A stretch of DNA of 64,000 bases from the human T2T-CHM13v2.0 reference genome, Homo sapiens. Below, one piece after another: positions 1-14,997 of this stretch. Under the pieces are notes generated by a model. That model was not told the origin of the DNA, ran no database searches, and was given only the letters and a program-made list of their open reading frames with translations. Position 1 is the first letter of the stretch; every line of letters begins with the position of its first letter. The stretch lies in assembly GCF_009914755.1 (NCBI RefSeq), contig NC_060925.1; one strand, 5' to 3'. Both the position numbers and the translations under genes were made by a program.

Positions 1-29
1 TCCTGGGCTCAAGCGATCCTCCTGCCTTA

Positions 30-469
<440 letters not shown>

Positions 470-966
470 TCAAAAGTGAGTATAGATGAAATAAGAGTGG
501 CCATAAGTTCATAATTACTGAAGCTGGAGGAAGGTACTTGGGGGTTCATTACACCATTCTCTCTCCTGTTTCTGTTTGACTGTTTCCATAATACAATGTT
601 AAGAAAGGATTAAACGTGTCACCCCCTCCTAGAAGCCCTCTCACATTCCTCAGTCTGAATTAGATCCCCCTTTCCGGGGCTTGCCAATACACCTGATGTG
701 CTGACCGGCAATTCTGTTGTTTGCCCCTCCCTCTTGGGGGCAGGGGCTGCACTGGCAGGAGAGGTGTGGCTTCCACTTAAGGGTCCGGTATGCCTGCCTC
801 CTCGGGCCAGCCCAGATCATACCCTGCTGGGCAAAGGAGGAAGAGCCAGAGGATCCAGACGCCTTGGAGGACTTGGAACACCTGTAACAGGACAAGGAGT
901 CCTGCTCCGGCACGTGGCCACAGAAAACTACTTAGGAAGCCTGTGGTGAGAACAACAACAGTGCCT

Positions 967-976
967 GGAGAATCCC
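967..976 (-). promoter_or_regulatory. Candidate NF-kB site (GGGATTCTCC) in the SMPDL3B 5' region; E-box CACGTG at 911-916
   Basis: Exact match to GGGRNWYYCC, 28 nt upstream of the ATG. Motif match only. Confidence 0.35.
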
Positions 977-1003
977 ACGGCTCTGGGGAAGTGAGCCCCG
1001 AGG

Positions 1004-1064
1004 ATGAGGCTGCTCGCCTGGCTGATTTTCCTGGCTAACTGGGGAGGTGCCAGGGCTGAACCAG
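1004..1064 (+). CDS. SMPDL3B: SMPDL3B coding exon 1 (signal peptide MRLLAWLIFLANWGGARAEP-G)
   Basis: ATG at 1004, hydrophobic signal peptide, donor CCAG|GTACAG. 61 nt (phase 1) joins in frame to the exon at 11065. Confidence 0.95.
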
Positions 1065-2556
1065 GTACAGCACTGGGAATGTCTGCTATGCCTTTGTTTT
1101 GTACTGTGAACTCTGGGGCTGCGGGAAGCTGCTCGCAGCCAGCTTGAAGGTGCTTCTAAAGATAGCAAGGCAGGAGCTAGGCAGGGAGGCAGGTGGGGAG
1201 AGCTAGTGGGACTTAGCAAGTGCTGTTTGAGGCTGAAGATTTTAAGTGGAGGCGCCAGCTGGCCAGGGAGGGACACCGACATTGCGAAGAGGTCTGGGTA
1301 CGTGAGAGCTAGCTAATTAGTAGAGGTAGGAGGTGGCAGGAAAGATTCGTGGACTCATTCAACAAATGAGGTCCTTTCCTGTACCATACGTTATTCTAGG
1401 AGCCAGGGATATATCAGAGAAGAAAAGAAAGTCCCCGTCTCAATGAAGAATTCCTTCATCTGGGGAGAAAAAAACAAACCACACGAACAAGTAAAGTACG
1501 CAGCATTGGAGGAGATGATGAGTGTTATGGGGAAAATAAAGTAGAACAGGGAAGGCGGGTTGTGGGGAGGGGGTACTTACAAGACGGCCAGAGAAGAGCT
1601 GTCAAATCAGGTGACACTCAAGTGGAGCCTTGAGGCAGTGAGTGGGGGAGCCACATGGGTGTCCAGAACATTACAGGAAGAGAGGACAGTGCACGGGGTC
1701 TGAGGTGGACACACAGGTGATGTGCATGAGGAACAGCAAGGAAGCCCGCGTGGCTGAAGCAGGGTGGGCAGGACAAGTGGGGGTGAGGTTGGCAGATGGT
1801 GGGGTGGGGCAGGTGCCAAATCATGGATAGCCTCGAAGACTCTCTTGAGGACTCAGACATTTTTCTTTCCACGTGCCTGTAGATAGGAAGGACGCAGGCT
1901 TTTGCTCAGGGTGAAATGGGATGTCATTGGAGGGTTCTAGGCACAGGTGTAATCTATTCTGACTTCTGTATGTTTAAAAGGACCCTTGAGGCCAGACGCA
2001 GTGGCTAACATCTGTAATCCCAGCACTTTGGGAGGCTGAGGAGGGTGGATTGCTTGAGTCCAGGAGTTTGAGACCAGCCTGGGCAACATAGCAAAACCCT
2101 GACTCTACTAAAAATACCAAAAATTAGCTGGGTGTGGTAGTGGGTGCCTGTAGTGCCAGCTACTTGGGAGACTCAGCTGGGAGAATTACCTGAGCCTGGG
2201 AGGTTGAGGCTGCAGTGAGCTGTGATTGTGCCACTGCACCCCAGCCTGGGTGACGGGAATGAGACCATCTCAAAAAAAAAAAAGAAAATGAAAGAAAAAA
2301 ATTCTCTTTATAGCCCCTCTGAAGTAGGTGCTAATATCATTATACCCATTTTGCAGATGAGGCAAATGAGTCTCAGAGGGGACATTGCACTTGCTGAAGA
2401 TCTCCCAGCTGGGAAATGGCAGGACAAAGCCTGTGCCTGGCTGTACTATGCTTCATGTCCTCTTGGGATGGTGGGGTTTAGAGGTACTATTTTTTTCTCT
2501 TTTCTCCAAATTTGCTGGAATGTATTCCTTTTAAAGTAAATTTAAAAGGAATTCCG

Positions 2557-2983
<427 letters not shown>

Positions 2984-3614
2984 TTAAACTGTGGGATTTC
3001 TGCCTCCACTTTCCTTAGCCAGGAGCTTGGGTGGATGCCAACTTGCTGGCTCCTTCTCCTCCCACACATGTCCTGTGTAACATTTCGCTCCTTCCTCAGC
3101 TTCTAACTGCAGAGAAGCAGACAGGTTCTTCCCCTGTGGGTTAGCTTGGTAGGAAAACACTCCCTGGAAGGCCAGCCCAGGGCTGAGGGAGCAGGACCAG
3201 GGCAGGAATGGTAACACCTACCTCTGGAGCTATTGTGAACAGAGGGTATTCACTGTAGGTGGTCCGTAAATGTAGGTTTTAACAAATGAACTCCATGGGT
3301 TTTGGAGGGCCTCCATTTACAAAGGATGAATTACAATTGTGTTTTGGGGCTAATGCTAGCCTTAATAGCAAAGGACTGAAATAGAGACTGAGATCATTGT
3401 GTGGTGTGGGTTATAGGCAATAACAGACAAAAGCCACTGAATCACAGGAGTCAGACTAGGAGGGCCTTCAGGGAACCTCTGTTCAGTACTTTCATCTTAT
3501 ACTTGAGGAAACGGAGGCTGAGGGGCAGTGTGGCCCAGGGAATGAGTCCTAAGGCTGCCTTGCTCACCCCACAGCCAGGTGCTCTGTATAAGAGAACTCT
3601 TTTACCTGCACAAC

Positions 3615-4079
3615 TGAGGCAGGAGGTGGGACTGGACTCCAGAGGCAGGGCTTTGACACCAGACCAGATTGAGGACTAGCTAAAATACGGCCTGGGCAAA
3701 AGCAGTTTTCAAACACACCCAGCAGTGTGGCATGTCAATTTACCTTTGCAATGGCAACACCCAGGAGTTACTGCCCCTTCTATGGCAGTAACCCAATGAT
3801 TTAAAAGTTACTACCCCTTCCCTAGAAATTTCTGCATAAATGCCCCTTAATCTCCAGGCAATTAAAAGTGGGTATAAATGTGACTGCAAAACTGCCCTGA
3901 GCTGCTACTCTCTGCCTCTGGGGTAGCCCTGCTCTGCAGGAGCAGTCATGGAGCTGTACATCACCTGTTCACCAAAGCTGTTTGCTTCAACCTCAAGCTT
4001 GCCCTTGAATTTTTTCCTGGGCAAAGCCAAGAACCCTCATGGGCTAAGCTCCACTTTGGGGCTCACCTGCTCTGCATCA
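3615..4079 (+). mobile_element. ERV1 (MER4-group) solo LTR, MER66-like
   Basis: TG...CA termini, near-4-bp TSD (CAAC/CAAG), TATA-like GGGTATAAAT near 3870, and MER41/66-type GAATT...CCAAGAACCCTC 3' motif. Subfamily from recalled consensus. Confidence 0.75.
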
Positions 4080-4440
4080 CAAGCATCCCTCTGCTGGGTG
4101 CATTCTAATCCTCATTTTATAGATGAGGAAACTAAGGCTCAGCTCTGAAAATCCCTTGCTTAAGTTGCCACTGCCTGTATGGAAGAGCCAGGATTCAAAA
4201 TAAGATGTCCCTGATTGCAGGTTTCATGCATGTCCTTGCAGAAATAACTTACTGCCTGAAGCCAGAAAACTTAGGTCCTACCTGTGGTCCTGCCTTTGAA
4301 TACCTGTGTGACCTGCAACCTTTATTTTACTGTTTATAAAATAGGGATGTTAGCAGAGGAGAGATTAAATGTGATGGCCTTAAGTGAGATCATGCCAGGT
4401 ACATTGTAAAATGTTGTAAAAGTTTAAGGAGGCATACACA

Positions 4441-4787
4441 CAGATGGTCCCTGACTTACGAAGATTCCACTAAGCTGTATGATGGGGCGAAAGCCTTAGG
4501 CATTCATTAGAAACCACACTTCGAGGAGCCATACAACCACTCTGTGTTTCACTTTCAATTCAGTATTTAATACATTGCAAGAGACATTCAACACTTAATT
4601 ATAAAATAGGTCTGCATCAGATGATTTTGCCCAACTGTAGGCTAATGTAAGTGTTCTGAGCTCCTTTAAGGTAGACTGGGCTAAGCTACGATGCCCTTTG
4701 GTAGGTTGGGTGTGTTGAATGCATTTTTGACTTATGATATTTTCAATTTTGGGGGACGTAGCCCCATTGTAAGTCAAGGAAAACCTG
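4441..4787. mobile_element. Tc1/mariner-Tigger MITE, MER47A-like
   Basis: Terminal inverted repeats CAGATGGTCCCTGACTTAC ... GTAAGTCAAGGAAAACCTG, followed by TA. Confidence 0.8.
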
Positions 4788-5189
4788 TATATATCTCCAA
4801 GGCCATGCTGGTAGGTGGTGGCAGAATATAGTGCACTGTGATCATTTCCATTCTGACGTGCTCGGCATCCCCGGTCTGCCGCTCACTCGCTCAGTTTCCT
4901 CATCTGTAAAATGAGTACATCTTAGGATGCATTTCATAATGTTGTCATGAGGCTGCATGGATAGAGTGTGTGGCACAGTGTCTGGCATTCAGTAGGTGCT
5001 AAATGAATGGCAGATGCCTTCCTGCCCCCCTGTCTCCAACCATAAGGGAACTCACCTTCTAGCCATTTTAAGAACTTAGGTTTTATAAATGACTATGACT
5101 ATGGGAGTTCTCCCCACCCCTATCACAAATCATACTAAAAAGATCCCATATCATGTATGATTTTAATTTTTTTATCTTATTTTTCTTTT

Positions 5190-5762
5190 TTGGAGACAGG
5201 GTCTCTATCTGTTGCTCAGGCTGGAGTGCGGTGCTGCAATCATAGCTCAAGGTAACCTCAAACTCCTGGACTTTAGGGATCCTCCTGCCTCAGCCTCCCA
5301 AGTACGGAGAAATTAAATTTCTTTTTAAAAAGTAGCTGAGTGTGGTGGCATATACCTGCATTCCTAGTGTGGTGGCTCATACCTGTAATCCTAGCACTTT
5401 GGGAGGCCGAGGCAGGCAGATCACTTGAGCTCAGGAATTTGAGACCAGACTGGGCAACATGGCAAACCCCACCTCTACAAAAAAGTACAAGAAAATTTGC
5501 CAGGCCTGGTGGCACATGCCTGTAGTCCCAGCTACTTGGGGGACTAAGGTGGGAGAATCAGTTGAGCCCAGGAGGTTGAGGCTGCAGTGACCCAGGATCA
5601 CACTGCTGCACTCCAGCCTGGGTTTTTGTTTGTTTGTTTTTGTTTGTTTGTTTGTTTGTTTGTTTTTGTAGAGGCACGGTTTTGAACTCCTGGCCTCAAG
5701 TGATCCTCCCACTTTGGCCTCCCAAAGCACTGGGATTACCGGTGTGAGCCAATGCATGTGGC
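5190..5762. mobile_element. Nested, opposed Alu cluster with a (TTTG)n tract
   Basis: Antisense Alu arm, sense Alu, then antisense Alu arm. Confidence 0.8.
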
Positions 5763-7704
5763 CCATGAGATTTTTAATATTGCTTTTGAAATGAATTGTT
5801 GATTTTGATGACTTACTTGATATTTGTAATTTTTGTCTTTCCTGCACTTTTAGAGTCAATGCATTTTTTTCCAAGTCTCAGATATTTCTGTGGGCCTTGC
5901 AGAGCTATGAGGCCTTGGGCCCTATGTCTGTTGTCCCTAGTGAGCATAAAGGCCTGGTGATCCCCTTTGGTGAAGGAGGAGGCGGGCCAGGACACTTTTT
6001 GCCTGCCCAGGGACGCGCTGTGCCCACCAGTCCTCCTCTTAGAGATGGTCATCTGGGGCAGACAGGCTCTATCTTCATCTTGTTTCCCTTCAGATGTCCT
6101 GCCTGCCCTGCCCCTGCACTTTACCTGTGGACAGTAGCCAAGGACACGCTGGGGCTGGCTGGGTAGAACGTGGCCACTCCCCACCTTGTCCTGTCTCTCA
6201 TGGTGAGAGGGGGCCTTGTAGAACCCCCCAGGAACCAAATGTGGAGTAACCACTGCTTCCCATTTATGACGTTCTGTTCATCATCTCTCATTTCTCATTT
6301 TAATTCTCACGAGGGCCCCAAGGGGTAGGGGGCGCTGTTATCTTGATTTTACAGAGGAGGAAACGGGCCCAGGGGAAGGTTCCGCTGTTCACACAGCTAT
6401 GGGGTGGTGCAGTAGGACTCCCTCCCAGGTCTGTGGCCTCAGCTACTCACTGTACTCAATACCAAATTTATTTATCTTCTCAGTAATAAATGAATAATAA
6501 TGATAGCTGAGATTGGTGTACCTTTCTATAAAACTCAAGTTATAGATGAATACTGTCTTACTGTAAAAGGTCCAAGCAGTGCGAATGTAGAAAGCCTCTT
6601 AACTTTAACAAGATCCCCAGTGAAGCATCTGAACAGTAACATTTGAGAAGTTCTGGTCTAAAGGGTAAAGCATTAAAGTACCCAGGCGCCCACACCTCCC
6701 CAGTCTCACTCCTGGCCCAAGGGGTAATTGCAGGTAACGGTATGGTGCGTTGGGATTGTCCTCTATGAGCCCTTTCTCCTTCACTATCTTATTTGATGCT
6801 CACTGAGAGGCAGGCCAGATGTCAACATCCTCTAGCTCAGTGAGGCCTGGTGGCTTGCCCAAAGCCCCTAGGCAAACACATGGAAGAGGCTGGATTAGAA
6901 ACCAGATCTCCCACCTCCCCATCCATGGTCCTGACATGCTAATTAGAGCTTAATTATTTTGATGTAGGGCCTGGAAGCTGATGGATCCCATATTCTTATG
7001 GAAAACATGTATTTATTATTACAGCCACCTTCTGGGCGGCGGGGGGTTCCAAGTCAACAGGCATGACGACATTGTGTCTCAGCTTTGGGGTCAGAGAGGT
7101 CTGGGTTTGAGCCTTAGTTTGCTTATCTATGCAGTGGGCATAAGAATCCCTATCTCACAGACTGGCTGCCAGGATGAAATAAGACCAGTGGATGAAAGTC
7201 TGGGCACCTATCCAACACTGTCTGAGTGCCTACAATTCTAACTGGCCTCCCCACAGCCTTGTTCATTCATCGAATGTGCATTTGCACGTCTTCCACGTCC
7301 CAGGCACCCTTCTAGGCACTGAGGACATAGAGGTAAACAAGACGGGCTTGGTGCTCTCATGGAACTGACATTGTAAACAGGGAAGATGGACAATAAGCAA
7401 GCCAACAAGGTAAGTTCACATGTGATAGTGCTCTGAGAAAAAGGAAGCTGGGGAAGAAATAGCGACCAGACAGGCAGGAGAGGTGGCACTTGAGATGAGG
7501 TGGTCAGGGAAGTCTTCTGAGGAGGTGACCTTGGGGCAGAGGCCTGAATGAGGAGGAGGCAGCCGCATGATGATGTGGGAAGATTGGGCGAGGCCATGGC
7601 GTAGTCAGGGAAGAGGCCCTGTGAGGAGAAGCAGCTTGGCTGAGGGTGGTGGGTTGGGCTGAGCTGACAAGGTCGCTGGGATCTGCACTCCCACAATGAG
7701 GAGG

Positions 7705-7769
7705 CTGGACCCCAAGGAGTTGGAGCTGCCCACCTGGACCCCAAGGAGGTGGAGCTGCCCGCCTGGACC
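7705..7769. repeat. 29-bp tandem repeat x2.2 (CTGGACCCCAAGGAG[T/G]TGGAGCTGCCC[A/G]C)
   Basis: Units start at 7705, 7734 and 7763. Two mismatches between the full units. Confidence 0.9.
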
Positions 7770-7819
7770 TCTGGCTCTCTCCACCATTCTGTCCACTAGC
7801 CTGGCCTCTCCTGGAGTCA

Positions 7820-7887
7820 GCACACACACATGCACACACACAGACACACACGCACACACACATAAACACACATGCATGTACACACAC
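7820..7887. repeat. Interrupted (CA)n microsatellite
   Basis: Visible directly. Confidence 0.9.
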
Positions 7888-8334
7888 CCTTCAGTAGTAT
7901 GTGCCAGAGAGGCTGGAAAGTAGTTTCAGTTCTACACACTGGCTGGAAAACGACAACTGACAGGTGAGATGAGGAGTTTCTGGAGTGGAGAAATGTTCCT
8001 GAATACTTTGAGGGCTGACGTCAAAGGAGCCAAACTGCTCAGTGTTTGTAGTTAACTGAGAAAGAGCCAGCTTGAGGCAGGGGAATAGCCTCTTTCTCTG
8101 TCTGCAGAGGAAGCGCAAGGACCATGTGCCCAAGAGAAAGGCAAAGGGCCTCCCCGCCACATCCATCCTGGCCAGCCTGGCTCCGGGCTTGGAAGCAGGT
8201 GAGAGCCACTCACGGTCTCAGCTCAGGGACTTGGGATGCCCAGCAACTCTGCCCACCAACTAACTGGTATGAGGCAGTTCATTCCTTTACTCTGGCTTGG
8301 GGTTTTGTCACTGTATTCTTTTTAATTTTTTTGA

Positions 8335-8677
<343 letters not shown>

Positions 8678-9672
8678 TAGAGACGAAGTCTTGCTTTGTT
8701 GCCCCTGCTAGTCTTGAACTCCTGGCCTCAAGCAATCTTCCTGCCTTAACCTCCCAAAGTGCTGAGATTACAGGTGTGAGCCACTGTGCCACCATGCCTG
8801 GCAGGAATATATTAGTGATCACAATATGTGTGGAAAGGTTAAATTTTCCCCATTATAAACAAAGGCTCAGTTTGGATAAAAAATAAAAATGTGGGAATAT
8901 GCTGTCAACAAAAAGACCCATCTAAAATAGAAAGGCACTGGTTTTTAACCCCTTTCACAATCACATCTTCCTGGGAGGGATTGGAGCCCAGAGATCCCCA
9001 TCATTTACCATGTGATCTTAGGCATGTTGACCTCCAGACCTTAGTTTCCTTATCTGTAAAGTGGGATAATGTTCCCAGGGCTCTGCGGAGAACACTGTAA
9101 CAATGCATGTGGGAGGGATAATGATTTGCTTAATCAGCCATTTACACTTTAGTATGAATGTGTTTCACATCCTTTCCTGAGACTGTTTAGATCAGGAGAG
9201 GTGGGGAAAAGCTCAAGAGCATCTGGGAGGGAAAGTCAAGGAGTGAGGGTCAGGGGCCAGCCTTTATCTGCAGGCTGTCCACTGAATGTCCTGTGGCCTG
9301 GGTGGGGCCCTGGCTATCCAACCCTGAGATCAAAAGAAGTCCAGTCTCCCAGGCCCAGACACAGCTTCCTGGGGCCAGTGATGTTGACTTGTGGCTCTAG
9401 GTGACACAAGAAATGGGGGAGGAAGTGATTGCAATAGCAGAGGGTGAGGAAATCCTGGGCGTCATTCTTGTTTTATCGAGAAACAGGATGAACAGAGGCC
9501 AGATCTGCTCAACCCTCCTTCAGTAAGCAGTCATTGAAACAACTTGTGCTGGCCAGGTGCGGTGGCTCACGCCTGTAATGCCAGCACTTTGGGAAGCTGA
9601 GGCGGGCGGATCACCTGAGGTCAAGGAGTTTGAGACCAGCCTGGCTAACATGGCGAAACCCCATTTCTACTA

Positions 9673-10370
<698 letters not shown>

Positions 10371-11064
10371 TAGAGATGAGGTCCGCCTATGTAGCCCAGG
10401 CTGGTCTTGAACTCCTGGCCTCAAAGAATCATCTTACCTTGGCCTCCCAAAGTACTGGGATTACAGGCATGAACCACTGCACCCGGGCTTTGCTGGTATT
10501 GCTTAGCAAGGTTTTCCAGCTCATTTGGTGTGTAAGCCTTTTCCATCCAGGTCAGACTTTTTTCTTTTTTTTTTTTTTTAATTTTCCAAGAAATTCCAGG
10601 ACAGGTCAGATTTTCATATGTAGTTATATTTCCCTGCAGCATGAGAGGATATGGCTCTAGTTAATGGGCTTAGAAAAGTGACATAGCCCAGGTCACACAG
10701 CTCCTAAGTGGCTCAGAGCCTGAGCACTTAACCCATACCCTCTCCCGCCTTTGCTTTAAAACAAGCCCCCTCATTAGAATGCCTGAGCTCTAATGTTGTG
10801 GCTGCCCATCCAATGTGGGGAGGAGGACGGGGCCTTGCCAAAGGTCAGCGCTCAGGGATGGAGCTGAGCCTGTTCTGTGCTCTGCTCAATGTGTCCCTGG
10901 GCAGAGCCAGGCCTGTGGGCCTTTTCTCTGAACCCGGGGTGCTCAGAGAAGACTTCCATTTGCCTGTGTAACGCCCCTGCCCCAGCCCAGGGCTCCCCTG
11001 GACTTCCTTGCTTCCAGGCTGAGAGAGAGACCAGCTTTGAAGGAGGATGTTTTTTCCCCTGCAG

Positions 11065-11278
11065 GGAAGTTCTGGCACATCGCTGACCTGCACCTTGACC
11101 CTGACTACAAGGTATCCAAAGACCCCTTCCAGGTGTGCCCATCAGCTGGATCCCAGCCAGTGCCCGACGCAGGCCCCTGGGGTGACTACCTCTGTGATTC
11201 TCCCTGGGCCCTCATCAACTCCTCCATCTATGCCATGAAGGAGATTGAGCCAGAGCCAGACTTCATTCTCTGGACTGG
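11065..11278 (+). CDS. SMPDL3B: SMPDL3B exon 2 (GKFWHIADLHLD...PDFILWTG), metallophosphoesterase DxH motif
   Basis: Acceptor ttttcccctgcag|GG, donor GG|gtgagt, 214 nt. Calcineurin-like metallophosphoesterase D28-x-H30 motif. Confidence 0.97.
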
Positions 11279-11923
11279 GTGAGTACAGTTGAGGTGGCAG
11301 CTACCCTTTGCCAGGCATCTGCTATGTGCTACATACCAGTCTGGCCCTTTGCCCACATTATCTCCCTTAATCCTCACATCAGTCTCACGTGAGGCTGAGG
11401 AACCTAAAGCTCAAAGGAATTTTGTAACTTGCCCGGGGATTCCTGAGTCCAACTGATTCCACAGTCTGTGTCCTCGACCTCCATGTCTCCTGGCTGTGGC
11501 AGAACGCAGCTCTCAATCAGGCTTTTGGACGTGGTCCTGGCATGCCTGGGCACCCGGAGAGTGTCCAGGTTTTAAGCTATGGGTGGACACTGGAGCCATT
11601 TCCCCTGGGGCTTAGGGACTCTAAGTCTGAGAGGTCCAAGTGCAGGGAGGGAAGAAGTTATGAGGGCTGAAGGTGGCCCAGCCTGGGGTCCTAGTGTCCT
11701 GGCCAGCTGCTGGCCACCCCTGGGCTGCCCAGTGGTCCTGGATTTTCTCACCAGTCAGAGCTCTGCTCTACAGAGTGACAGCTTGAGGGCCGATCCCACT
11801 CAGCCGCAGAGACCCAGTTTCTGCTTCCTGTCCAAGGTTGCTGCTCTAATTCCTTCAACTTTCCTGGGAACTTGCCTCCTTATCATTCAAGATTCCCCCA
11901 TTCCGGCTGGGTATAGTGGCTCA

Positions 11924-12184
<261 letters not shown>

Positions 12185-12853
12185 TCAAAAAAAAAAAAGA
12201 AAGAAAAAGAAAAAAAGATACCCCCATCTCCTCGCTTGCTCCCTCACTTGGCAGGGCAACAAGTCGTGCTCAGTTGTGGGGTAGATGCTAGGGATCTGAG
12301 ATGATGGACACCCACACTTGGCTCCAAGGAGCTCACGGTCTTGTGGGCAATGCAGACAAACCCATTGACCCTACCCTTACATCCAAGCAAGGAGAGAGAG
12401 TCACCTGGGGGGATGTGGGAACTTCACAGGGCACATGATCCCATCTGGCAGGATTAGGGGAAGGACATCCTGCAGGAGGTGGTGGAGCAGGGGAGCTCTC
12501 GAGGAAGGCTGGAAGGAATTCTGACTTTGCGCTCCCTCTACCAGCCTCAGTGGACACTTCTATAAGGCAGGGTGAAACCCATGATGCCCCTAGCTGTGAT
12601 GTGGTTTGTGGGTGTGACCAGGAAGGACCCTCAGATGAACCTGCCAGGCTGGACACATAAGAAGACATGTGACATTGTCTCAGGAGGGGCCTGGACAGCT
12701 CTGGCTTCCTTGGGCTCAGGAATCAATCTAAGAAGAGAGTGAGCTTTGGTCCATGACCTTGGGCCTGCTCCCTTGAGGGGAGCTTCTGATTTCTCCGAGA
12801 AGGGAGAGCATGTGTAGCATTCAGACAGATGGGATCCCTCAGGAAATTCATGA

Positions 12854-13201
<348 letters not shown>

Positions 13202-13346
13202 TGAGACCTTGAAGAGGTACACAGCATCAGATGAGAAGATCTCTAGGACCCTTTACAATTCTTCAATTATAATAAAATTTGACTTCTAAGAGAGCTGCAG
13301 TCCCTTTGAGGATGGCCATTAGAAATTAGGTATGTTTTACTACTCA

Positions 13347-13472
<126 letters not shown>

Positions 13473-14899
13473 TTAGGTGTTTTTTTGTTTTTTGTTTTTT
13501 AAGATGGAGTCTCGCTCTGTCGCCCAGGCTGGAGTGCAGTGGTGCGATCTCGGCTCACTGGTGCCCCCTACCACGCCTGGCTAATTTTTGTATTTTTAGT
13601 AGAGACAGGGTTTCACCATATTGGCCTGGCTGGTCTCGAACTCCTGACCTTATGATCCGCCTGCCTCGGCCTCCCCAAGTGCTGGGATTACAGGCGTGAG
13701 TCACCGCCCCCGGCCTAGGTGTGTTTTTTATCAGACAGAATTAGATTCTCTAACCTAGAAATTAAAAATATGAAATTTTGTCCCTGTGTCTTTGGGTTTC
13801 CGGCCTGTCCCCAGGGAGTTTTCAGGGCAAAACAGCCCCTCTTGCTGCCCTAATGTGGGTATCAGAGACACTATAGGATGCAGTGGCTGTGAGCATAGAC
13901 TCTGGGGCCAGGCTGACTGGGCTCAAATCTTGGCCCCACCACTTTCTAGTGGTGTACACTTAGGTACAATTTTTCCCCCGTGTCTCTGGTGCTTGATTTA
14001 GGATAGGCAAAATTCTTAACTTTTCTGTGTCTTGGTTTCTTTATCTGTCAAACGGGCCTAAACTAATAATAGAATTTACATTGCAGTGTTATAATGGGGA
14101 AAAAATTAGTGGCTGTGGCAACAACACACAGAAAGTGCCTGGCAGAAAGTCAGCCGGTGTGAGCTTCTAGCAGCAGTATTAATACTATTATGCTAATTAG
14201 TTTCCCTGGGGGAATACCTGGGCAGCAGAGGCCCCAGGATTTTGACTGTCCGGACGTCTCCCCATCCCTACACTCCACCTGCCACCATTCTCCTCCCCTT
14301 GCCAAGCGTTTCTAAGGTGGACCCAAGAATTTTGATTCATGGCATGAAGGGCACAGTGGTCCCAGGGCAGAATCAGTATCTGCCCTGGAAAAGATCTGAA
14401 CCCTACACTTGAAGCCAGCTTCAAACTCCTTTGAACTCTTCTGGAAAGGAACAGAATTCAGAGATGGCTTCTCAACCCTGAGCTCCCTCGGGGTTTGCAG
14501 ATGGGACTGGAACTCCAGAGCTTTCCTCTCTAAATAATAATATTCATTACAACCTAGCAGCTACTCTTACTGTACTATATTATGTATATAATTTTCCTCC
14601 TTGATGGATACCTAACAAACACTCTGTGAGTAAGAACTGTATTATCCCAACATTACAGATGAGTTAATAGAGGCTCAGAGAGGTTAAACAGCCAATCAAG
14701 GGACCCACAGCAGGAAAATGGCAAAGCCTAGTTCTCAGCTCTGTCCCATCTGACTCCACTCTAGCCTGGCCATTCCCCCTCAAGGGGACATCTGAGGCCC
14801 AGGTCCATAGGTTTTCCTCTCACTGCAGAGCTGTCCCTTCCTTTTCTTCTGCTGCTTCCTGAGTTGCCTGCCCCAAATTGGCTTGGTGGTGTTTTGTAG

Positions 14900-14997
14900 T
14901 GATGACACGCCTCATGTGCCCGATGAGAAACTGGGAGAGGCAGCTGTACTGGAAATTGTGGAACGCCTGACCAAGCTCATCAGAGAGGTCTTTCCAG
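14900..14997 (+). CDS. SMPDL3B: SMPDL3B exon 3 (GDDTPHVPDEKLGEAAVLEIVERLTKLIREVFP)
   Basis: Acceptor gttttgtag|T, donor CCAG|gtaaga, 98 nt, phases consistent. GDD metal-ligand motif. Confidence 0.96.
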
